Assembly (NCBI GenBank): GCA_973895155.1
Contig: OZ316895.1
Location: forward strand, 2,033,659-2,097,658
Direction of reading: 5' to 3'
Source: Marsupella aquatica
Taxonomy: Eukaryota; Plantae; Marchantiophyta
DNA: 64,000 nt
Position numbers and translations under genes: made by a program. Position 1 is the stretch's first letter; each line of letters starts with the position of its first letter. Below are positions 25,755 to 36,189 of the stretch, one piece after another. The notes below the pieces were generated by a model. It searched no databases. It was not told the DNA's origin and was given only the letters and a program-made list of their open reading frames with translations.

Positions 25755-28700
25755 TCACTGCTTAGGCCTGCCCTTTCTTGCAGATCCCTCTGCATCTCTG
25801 CCTCGTTTGGGACCAGTACTTGGTCCTGGATTTGCTCTCGACCTACAGGCCTTAGCCAATTCGATGTGTAATTTGGCATTGTTTTCCATTGTAGCATGGA
25901 AATCAACGTCTGTGTAATCACCTAACACCCTTGCGGACCTGGATTCTTTGTGGAGGATTGTTCTCCATGCTATCCCCTTCTCATTGGGGTGGAAGAAAAC
26001 CTGCTCCACTTGCTTTGGGAAAACGTAATCCATTTTCTTGGACACACCCAGTTCTCTATGGAAATTCACCTGCCAAAGACCAGACTCAGAATACCTCATA
26101 CTGGCAGAGGATTTAGGAGTCCATGATGGATCTGCCCATTTCCCTTTGAAAAGAATCACCTCTTTCCTCAAGCTACCGTAATTCAGTACTAAGATATCTG
26201 TCAAGGCCCCTACATACTGTACAGATTCTTCTCTAGTTGCGCCAGACCTGTCCACTCGCTTCTCAGTGAATGTCGAAGCCATCCCAAAATCAAAAGTGCT
26301 GAATGCACCAGAATCACAATCACTCAAACACCCCAAGGATGGAATAGTCCTCCAGTGATGCCCATAGGCTCTGCATGCCCTATACAGTCGTGCCTTCAAA
26401 CTAGGTGGTGTGGAGTATGCAGATAGTAATGACCGCTCAGACTCTGTCTCAAAATTATGGGTATTGACTAATGTTTGAAACCATTCCCTGAAAGGTGGCA
26501 GTTCTTGGCAGTCAAGGGGAAATTCCACTGGTTTTCTTCGATTGGCAGGCTTCCTCATCCATTCCTTCCGGAAATCCACTCTTTGTTTGGTAATAGTCTC
26601 ATTGGTAGCATCATATATCCTACATGGCAACAACAACACTCAAGACATTAGTGCACGATCCACAATGAATATACAAACACAATGGGGCAGCATAATTATG
26701 ATGCATATGGTACAGGGTTTACATACCTATACCATGGAGCCATTGTCTCTTCATTCTCCAATATATAATGATGCATGGCCATCATTTCAGACCAATTCAA
26801 AGTTATCTCCTTTGCAGCCCCTTCCAAGACAATGCCTGCAACGCCAGCATCCTCCTCCAACTCCCAGGTTTGTTTTCCCTCTCCCTTAGCATCAATCATG
26901 TATTCAGAAAGGAATCCCAAAGACTCATCTAATACATAGCCTTCAGCCATAGAAGCCTCTGGACGTGCCTTGTTTCATACATAACCCTTCAAAACCTTCA
27001 GGTTCCTCTCTATTGGGTACATCCATCTGCCTGTAACTGGGCCACACAAGTCTAATTCCTCCACTAGGTGAATCATTAAATGGGTCATGACATCAAAGAA
27101 GCTTGGTGGAAAATGGATTTCCACAATGCAGAGAGTGAATGCAACATCCATCATCAAATTCTCATACATTGAAGGGTCCCACACCTTCGTACAGATCTGG
27201 CGATAGATATTGCTCATCCCAGCTATGGCCAAGCAAACCCCTTCATCAAGTAATCCCATTGTTGCCAGAGGGAGAATCTGTTGCATGAGTTGGTGGAAAT
27301 CATGTGATTTCAACCCAGAGAGTTTCTTGGATTTTGTAACACACTTTGCCAAAGAACTTGAAAAACCAGTGGGCCCTTTCAAGGTCAATAACACCTCCAA
27401 GAACCTTGTTCTTTCCTTCTTGCTCAGGCAATATGGGGCTGGGGGCATCAACAATTTGTCATCCTTACGCTTGGGAGCTGGATTGGGTACAAGCCATAGG
27501 TGTTGGCGCACCTGTAAGAGCTTCAGGTCTTCTCGCACAGAAGGAGTGTCCTTGGTCCCAATGATAGTGTGCACGATGTTGTGTGCAAGATTCTTCTCAC
27601 AGTGCATGGGATCTAGACAATGGTTAATGAGTAGTTCCTGCAGTGGACACACAATTCAGAAATTAGGGCACTGAATACAACAATTACAAAATCTGGGCTA
27701 CAGGAAGTAAACACATTTCAAAGTCATATGAAGAGATTGCAGAAATTCATTGTAGTAGTATGGAGTCTTACGTTCCAATAGGGTAACTTGTACAGACTAG
27801 TAGCCCTCTTCACTCCATGCACCTTTATGGGGCAGCTCTCATCCTCAACCTTGGTTCCTCCCTTCTTCAAATATTCTGTTGTCTCGTCTCCCCACTTCTT
27901 TCTATCAGAGCTTGACATTCTACACGGTGCAGGTCGGCTCTCAATTGCACCATCAAAGTATTGTGCATTGTCTGGTCTACGAAAAAGATGCCTTGCTGCT
28001 AACCATCGACGGTGGCCACTGTACTCTAATTTCTGCAAGTGCTTAGAACCACGTGCCACACATTTTGGCCCATAGATGACACATCCTTTGTATCCAGCGT
28101 GTTGTTGTCCAGATATTAAACCATATGCAGGGTAATCATTGATTGTCCACAATAGCACAGCCCTTAGGTTGAAGTGTTGAGACAATCCTGGGCGTGGCAA
28201 TTTGTCAAAGCAGGGCACTCCTTTCGTCCACAACAGCTCCAGCTCCTCATAGAATGGGCCCAATATTATGTCCAGTTGTTCCTCTGTTACTGAATCAGGT
28301 CCTGGAATCAGCATAGCTAGCATGACAAAGAACTTCTTGGTGGTAAGCCAAGGAGGTAAATTGTAATTCAACAACAAGATTGGCCAGGTAGACCAAGCTG
28401 TGGAATTATTCCCAAAGGGATTCACCCCATCAAGTGCCAACCCAAATCGCACATTCCTTGGTTCAGCTGCAAATTTTTTATCAATATTTGTATCCACATG
28501 CTTCCAAGCCTTGGAATCTGCTGCGTGCCGAACCATGTTGTCTGTGCTTCTATTCCCATGATGCCAAGTCATGAGTTTAGATGTACCAGCAGTGGCATAC
28601 AATCTCTTCAACCTGGGAATTATAGGGAAATACCGCACCACCTTCCTTGCCTGTAATGAATTCCCCACTCTCTTCATCTTGGGCTGCTGACACACTGAAC

Positions 28701-29631
28701 AGTTTTCTAACTTGGCATTTTCACCCCTAAAGAGCATGCAACCTTTCTCACAGACAGGGATTCTCTCATAATCCAAGCCAAGCTTTCTCAATAGCTGCTT
28801 TGCAGCATATAAGTTCTTGGGCAGATTATGCTCTGCAGGCATACCATGCTCCCCCATCAAAGACAACAATGCATTCACTCCTTTGTTTGAGAATCCATGG
28901 CCATGACAGATGTTCAGCAGAAGCAACATGAATGACACAACATCTATTTTGCTGCCTGGGAACAAAGGTTGCATTGCTGCATCTAAAGATAACTGTGCAG
29001 GATCAGTCTCCACAGGAGTTTTGGAGGTTTGAAGGGGGTTTACAGGATGGGCACCTCCTTCACTCTCATCATCCCCAAGTACAAAATTCAAGTCAAAATG
29101 GTCCTGATCATCTAGCTCATGCTCAGGGGATTCTTCACTGGTTCTCAGCAACGTTTCTTCCAGTAGAGCCCTGATATGTTCTTCGACATCTATAGTTGGA
29201 TGTTCTTGAACATCCACAGTTGGATGCTCTGGAACATCTACAAATAAATGTTCTTCAACATCTACAGTTGGCTGTTGTGCATAGGTTGCCTGTTGAAGGT
29301 TTGCTACCCTCAATGCCTCAGGGCCATGTTGTGACATGTAGTCAGCACCCCACTCTTCATCAGAAGAGTCCTGTCCCTCTCCCACCCACACTCGACATGC
29401 AGGGTACCGACCATGTTTAATAAGGTGCAATCTAGCAGTATTTCGATTAGTCCTATAATTCCCTTTGCAGTTCACACAAGGGCAGTACATCTTATGGTCC
29501 CCACTCTTGTGGCAGGCCTTCTGTTCTCGAACCCACAAAGCATCATCACGATGTTGTACTCTAGCTGGATGGAAGAGCGGCAACTTTGGAGTTCTACCCA
29601 CACCTAACGTATTCTATGGCAATTGTGCCAT
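25755..29631 (-). pseudogene. CACTA transposase (TnpD/Tnp2-like), 3 exons: 29631-27772, 27637-26727, 26619-25755
   Basis: N-terminal CPCVNC motif, Transposase_21-type core (RNVRFGLALDGVNPF, WPILLLNYNLPPW, DYPAYG), DPMHCEKN, LKSHDFH, WMYPIER and RPEASMAEGY. Introns are frame-consistent GT-AG. In-frame stops: TAG at 29614-16 and TGA at 26975-77. Confidence 0.93.
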
Positions 29632-30231
29632 GCTAGCTTGATTGAAATTGTATTCAAACTATGATTTTCAAACTGAATCAGAGAGACATGCATACAAAAT
29701 TGGGCCTACCGTCATAGTTGTACAACCGATGCCAACCACAGTCCAATTGCTCAAACCCACAGAGCCCAGTTTCTCAAATCCACTGTAGTAGGGCACCTTC
29801 TCCTTCTTGCATACAAATAGAGCATCACATACAGTGTCATCAGAATGATACTATGAACGTAAATCTCTGTGCCTTCATCATTTCCAGTATTTGTTTGCCT
29901 ATTAGGAATGTGAGCAGACAGGTCTGGAATAAGTAACGTTTGTGACACTAGTGACAAATTTACAAGTGAAGTTTAGACATCAATATGGAGGAAAGTCACA
30001 CTCAAAGCACATGCTTGAAAATCGGAATCCTACCCTGGAAAAGATAATAAAGTTGATTTCTCAAAATTAATTGCCTCAATCCGCAATGCACTGTCGTAGA
30101 GTGTGTATACATGAGGAGTTCATCAAACTGCATATAAATAGTCCACATGTTTTAGCACTCTGAAAATTGTTTAAGTCCACGTGAAACCATCAAAAAGCTC
30201 TATCTCAAGTTTGTGTTCCATCCAGCCTCAA

Positions 30232-30891
30232 TCAAATCCAAGATATGTGGCTCCTAGCAGGAGTGCCTAGTGTAGGGTCAATGTCATGGTCAGAACAATA
30301 AAACATCCCCTTCTTGGGCTGCCCATGCGCTGAGTGATCCCAAATTGTTCGATCATGGGCAAATCCCCTCTGCTGGATAAACAGCAGGCAGTCCTTGTGC
30401 CATGCCTTAGGACACCTCATGCACTGAACCAAAAAGCCATTAGCCCCATCATTGGGCCCCTGTCCACAAGTAAGACAAATATGGAGTCCACATGATGCTC
30501 TGCCAGGAACCAAACACTGCCGACTGTAAAACCGGGCACAGAGAGAGTCTGGACATTTTCTTACCTCTTCACCAATTTTTCCAGACACATGGCACTTAAA
30601 GCAAGAATGTTCCTCATTCTTGCAATCAACACAAAGCCATTCTCCAACATGGCCATCAACGAGGGATATAGTTGGGCATAGCCATTGCTGACCCAAAGGA
30701 CAGGAAACATTCTTATGGAAATGTCGGTGGCAAGGCCCATCACAAACAATGAGATCCCCTCCCTCATCACAAATCGCACATACATGTGGACTATTCTGGT
30801 TAATCTCAATGTCTGAATATAAGGACAATTGAGGTGCTTGAGAGGATTCACCTCTGCAACGATTCATGGCCTTCTGCTTATTGCGAGCCAT
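30232..30891 (-). CDS. Stand-alone EDM2-like composite PHD finger protein (219 aa) carried inside the CACTA element
   Basis: Open intronless ORF with ATG in accATGG context, just after a tgatgtAG acceptor. Sequence VCAICDEGGDLIVCDGPCHRHFH...WLCVDC...HSCFKC...CPDSLCARFY...CGLHICLTC...CMRCPKAWHKDCL...RTIW...FYCSDHDIDPTLGTPARSHI is colinear with the EDM2 PHD region as recalled (VCAICDNGG..C.G.C.R.FH ... CRRCPKSYHRKCL ... YCQEHEIDEELLTPVRDH). Confidence 0.85.
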   Translation of the reverse strand: MARNKQKAMNRCRGESSQAPQLSLYSDIEINQNSPHVCAICDEGGDLIVCDGPCHRHFHKNVSCPLGQQWLCPTISLVDGHVGEWLCVDCKNEEHSCFKCHVSGKIGEEVRKCPDSLCARFYSRQCLVPGRASCGLHICLTCGQGPNDGANGFLVQCMRCPKAWHKDCLLFIQQRGFAHDRTIWDHSAHGQPKKGMFYCSDHDIDPTLGTPARSHISWI

Positions 30892-32189
30892 GGTCCTGCA
30901 CACTCAGACCCTACATCAGATTGTGAAACAAGCAGGAATAACAGGGTGCAGCATGACACAAAAGAATGAGGGTGCAGCATAAAATATGACATGTAACCAC
31001 AAGGGTGCAGCATAAACCAATGCTTTATAGATGGCAAAGCATTTAGGACTGAGCAGCGCAAATAACCTTGGCCTATGATTGGAAGCAATCACAAATATTG
31101 CAACCTGTATGCCTTCGCTTGCTGTACAACAGTGCTCACTCACCCTGCCTTTTTAAAATCTGTAAGGGCAACACAGAACAAATAGCAATTGAGTTTCAGC
31201 AAAGCATTCATTTGGCTCTCAAGTTTTAAAATGGACAGAGCAAACACAACAATGTGCACAACAAAGCACAGAGAGCAACAAAACTCCAGCAAACTGGGAC
31301 TCAGGCAAGAGATACGAATTTTAACAGCGAAATCAAATCAAGATTCGGACCTGTGAGTTCAACATGCAGTGCTCACTCACCCTGCCCTTTTTTAAATCTA
31401 TAAAAATCAAGTTTTATTGTGTGCCTTCTACATCTTAAGCTGCTGCACACATCTGTTACAGAACCATAATTAAGTTGCTTTACTCTCAACAAGCTGCTGG
31501 TCCACCCACTTTTTCAAAAGCTGCACCGTACTCTATCTTCGTGCACAAATGACTATACCGGGCTGCTGTCAGAGACCCTTACGAAGAATTTAAAATTGAC
31601 CAAGCTGATTTTAGTTTAGTTTCCAAAGGAAATCATGTGGCTGTATTCATGGAGTTGTATTCATTGCTGTGTATGGATGTTGTGTGAACATCAGACAGTT
31701 AGCTGAAAATTACCATAGTTGAAGAGCAAGGCTTGTACAAAATCCACTAAGGAATTCTCTGAGGTGGCACAGCAGTTGGCAAACCACACACGAAACTCTG
31801 AAACTTTTTGGTGACAAAATTCTACAGAGTCGCTGCTGGAATCAAGTGAGGATTCACCATACATGCCTGCACTTCTCTTCAGTAAAAAAAAGAGAAAAGA
31901 AAAGGGCTATGATACAGAGGGATGTCAAAAGAAGAGTAAGGAAACCAATTCATTCCTTGGTTGGTTTTTTTTATAAATTTTAATATCGTGAAAGACCCCA
32001 CGGATAGGGGGAACAACAGCCCTTAATACAGGGACAGCAACAGCACACTAGCAAGCCACAAAGAGAGCCCAAAAGCACAAAAGAGAGCATCAAAGCCCCA
32101 GGGAGAGCCCCCCCTCAAAGAAGGGAAATAACACCGATCAAGAGAGCACCCATGCCCTTCCCACAGCAGCCCCCCAAAAAGCAGATCCC

Positions 32190-35100
32190 TCAATCAGCAA
32201 CGCCGCCGCTAGAGGGCACCAAGAGAATCCTGTCCCCACCCCGTCTCAGCCAGATTTGCCTCGTTCCCCGCAACCATTCCTGAGCCCGGTTCAACCGAGA
32301 GCGACGCCGCCCAAAGCGTAAACCAGCCCCAACCGCATGGATGTGATTGGCAATCTCAGCAAGCATCAGGCCCAAGTCAAATGAACGTCCCACCTTGTCA
32401 GAGAACATATGTTCATTTCTTCCCAGCCAAATCATCCAGAGAGTCTGATATACACAAAAGATCCTAGCAGTGTGAATAGGCTCCGGTCCTATCGATGCAT
32501 CAAGAATAGCCAGCAGACCACCTCCAATGGGTAAGCGAAGCTCCGTCAAAATCCTGTCACACATCCTCCAGCAACATGAGGCATGGGAACATTCAATGAA
32601 CAAATGTTGCATCGTCTCCAAGACCCCACAGCAAAGCTTGCAATTCCCAGTACCAGCCTGGATACGGAGGGCCCGTTGACCAGTAAACAATCCACCAACC
32701 AGGATCCGCCTGGAAAAGGTTTTTGCCCTGCAGGAGAGGTCAGAAATCCACAGCTTCTTCCATCCAATGCACCATTCAATTTCCGACCGGTGTGAGGACC
32801 AGCACCTATTAAGCAGCACATGAAGGCTCATCTTGGGTCTCAAGAACTGGTAGACCCTGCAGTTGGTGATCTGAAAGTCCTTGAGAGGTTCTGCCCTGTC
32901 AGACCAGCGCCACTGTCTGGCCGGAGGATCCCTGTCCTACCTGCAGGCAGTTGACTCCCAAATTCTCCCTAGGAACGCTCTAGCCAGCCCTCTGTGCTCC
33001 CCCGTGAATCCTCGCAGCACCTGCCCCCTAAGCGGAAGGTCTTTCCAGCCCCCTGTCTCCACCGACCATCCGTCCTGAATTGATCTCATTCCCAAGCGTC
33101 CACAAATAGCAGTGACTCCTACAATGTCCACATTTGGCAATGAATTGAAATCTACCATACATCTAATTGCATCGTTAATGCTCCAGCGTCCAGGGGCACC
33201 ATATCTCCCAGGACAAAAAGCCAGATGGGCACGCAGCTCCTCCCAAGCCTTCCATAGACCACTTGTATACCTGAGACCACCGCCTGCCCTAGGAGTACAG
33301 AGCAGAAGCCTATCCTTGAATGTGTAATTGTTTCTTCTGATCACCTTGTAATTCAACCATCCCATTAAAGATAAGTTGGCTGCCAGCATCTTCGACCATT
33401 CCCTGTCTGGATACTCTAGGGCCTTAGTGAACCATTGTGATAATAATGCATTGGAGTGGCTTCTGAAGTCCTTGAATCCCAGGCCGCCCTCTATTTTTGG
33501 AAGTGTCATCTTGTCCCATGCCACCAGCGGAATTTTCTTCCCACCTGCAGGATTATATCCCCACAGAAAATCTCTACTGAGGGCAATGAGTTTCTTGGCC
33601 AGACCCGCTGAAGCCTTGAGGTGCATCACATGGTAGATTGGGATGGCCTGGAGCACGTGTTTGACCAATAAGGTTCGACCTGTGAAAGAGAGGAGCTTAT
33701 TTGTCCAGGATGACAGTCGTGAGCTGATTTTATCTAGGCAGAATCTGTGCAGTTGCTCAGTCTTCAGCCCGGCCCCCAAGGGAGCGCCCAGATATTTCTG
33801 AACCTCCCCCATTGCACTCACTTGACAACCAGAGTACAGCAGCCAATCCGGGATGACCTCAATTGCCAAGGGAATCACCACAGATTTTCGTAGGTTCAGC
33901 TTTGCTCCAGAACCCATTTCATAACATGCAAGTGCAGTTTGTGCCTGGGTGAAAGCTTCCTCCGTGGCAGGAATGAACATTCCAACATCATCTGCGAATA
34001 ATCTGTAGCATATTGTGAGTGTGTCCGTGATTGACAGTCCACTAAGTCTCCCAGCCTCCATCTCCGCAACTAAGAAGTCCATCAGCGGTTGTGTCGAGAT
34101 GACAAAAAGTAGGGGCGACAAGGGGCAGCCCTGTCTCACCCCCCTCTTAAGCTCAATCATACCCGTCGCAAAACCATTGACCATTGCCTTCGAGAAAGAT
34201 CCAGCCAACAGAGCCCGTACCAGTGTGATAAAGTGGCCACTTATTCCCAGTAAGTGCATTGTGTCCCATATGTATTCGTGATTCACCCTGTCAAAGGCCT
34301 TTTCGAAATCCAACTTCAAGAAAAGTGCCTCCGTCTTCTTGTGCTGTATCCAGTCACATGCGAGCCAGGCCAGTGAGATGTTTTCCAGAATGTGGCGCCC
34401 CTGTATAAATCCGGTCTGTTGGGGGCTGATTATCTTGTTCATGATTTCTTGTAACCGCAATGCCAGGATCTTAGCAATGACTTTGTACGTTGTGTTCAAC
34501 ATTGTAAGGGGACGCCAGTCCTTCAGTGATCTCTTATCAGGCTTCTTCGGAATGAGCTTTATTATTCCTTCTTTTAACACACTATCAATCTCTCCTGTCA
34601 TCCAGAATTCTTGTATCATTTCCACCAAGTCCTGTCCCAGAAACTCCCAGCATGCGCGCAGTACTTCTGCCGTTAAGCCGTCTGGGCCAGGCGATTTGTC
34701 TCCTGGTAGCATCCAAAGCACTTCCTTCACCTCTTTAGTTGTCGGGAGAGCTTCCAATTTCATTCTCTCTGCCGCTGTAAGCGCAAATTTTGTGTGTTGC
34801 AGTAGACGTCTCCTCTCTTGCCGTTGTTCTTGTGTCTCCCTTTGTGAGGGTTCCTGCGGTGCATAAAGTGCTTGACACATTTTCTCCACTTCAAGCACAA
34901 TGCTTGCCGCCTCTGTTATCTCCGTCCCATCCTCTTTGAGAATCAGGTTCATGGTTTCTCGGGCGCGTTTAGCCTTTACTATCGCATAGAAGAACTTTGT
35001 TGATTCGTCTCCTTCTCCCAGCCATTTAATCCTTGCAAGTCTCCGTCCCTTATTAGCCACTTCCAACTCGGTTGCATGCAGTGTGTCTTCCGTTTCCGTG

Positions 35101-36130
35101 TATTCCTTGATTTCATCCTCTGTGTGTTCCTCCAGAATGGATGCTTTCAGTGCTCTCATTCTCGCTCTAAGAAACTCCATCTCAACCTCTGCCAGCCTTG
35201 GTCTTGCTTGTAACTCCATGTATTTTTGCCTAAAATTGGAGCACGCTTTTGAAAATCGCAGCACAGGGTTTGCAAATTCCCTCCTTCCCTCCAGGCTCCT
35301 TCTGGAAGCGCCAGGTCCTCCTTGTTGCTTAGAAGCGCTGGATTGGCCATGAATAGTCTCACCTTACCTCGCTCCACCTTCTGACCTGCATCTCTGAACC
35401 TCCCTTTCAGTATCACCGGGTCATGGTCTGATAACGCTGATCCTCCTTCATGCACCAGCTCTACTCTCTCCTCTAACCACCATCCCTTCTCGCTAATGTA
35501 GAACCTATCTAATCGGGATTGTACCATTAATCCCCTTCTCATCCTTCTCCATGTGAATTGGGCACCCGTAGCGCCCCCGGTGATCTCCCACGCATCTACC
35601 AGGTCAAAGCGCGTTTTTAAGAAGCGCCAGAATTCCGCTTCTCTTCCGCCGATCAGAGGTGATCTCCCGGTTGAGTCCGCTCTTCTTTCTGTCATGTTGA
35701 AGTCGCCACAGATGATCCAGTTTACCTGCGGAAGCTCATCCTTAAGCTCGTTCTATAGCAAAGCCCTTAAGTCAGCCGAGTTTGGTGCATAGATAGATGC
35801 CACTCCATAATTGCCTCCTTCGTTCTCAATGATTATCCACACAGCTCTGCCAAGGTCCAGTTTGCCTGATGCTACCACCTTCAAAGACGGGTGGACCAGA
35901 AGTGTCGTTCCTCCCCTGCCTTCCTCTGGTGCCGATGAGAAGTGTTGATAGTTTGAGAGAATTGTTCTCAGAGCCATGTCCAAACGGAATTGATCCGTCT
36001 TCACTTCTTATAGAGCTAGGCATCCCAGCGGAAATCGCAGTGCTTGTACCCAGTTTTTGACGACATGTTTGCGGTTTGTCTCACACAGCCCACAGACATT
36101 CCATGTGGCAATCCGCATTATGTTCTCCAT
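32190..36130 (-). pseudogene. LINE ORF2 (APE endonuclease, RT, zf-RVT), disrupted
   Basis: MRIATWNVCGL, SIYAP, GDFN, SRLDRFY, SDHDPV; KSPGPDG, WRPLTMLN, KLDFEKAFDRV, GVRQGCPLSP, LFADD; C-terminal CKLC...HLFIEC and WMIWLGRN. Stops at 36008 and 32937; frameshifts near 35755 and 35300. Confidence 0.95.
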
Positions 36131-36189
36131 CCCCTCCCCCCCCGCTGCTCCCCAAGTCGAGTGGTGCACTTGGTCAGCACACCGTCACC

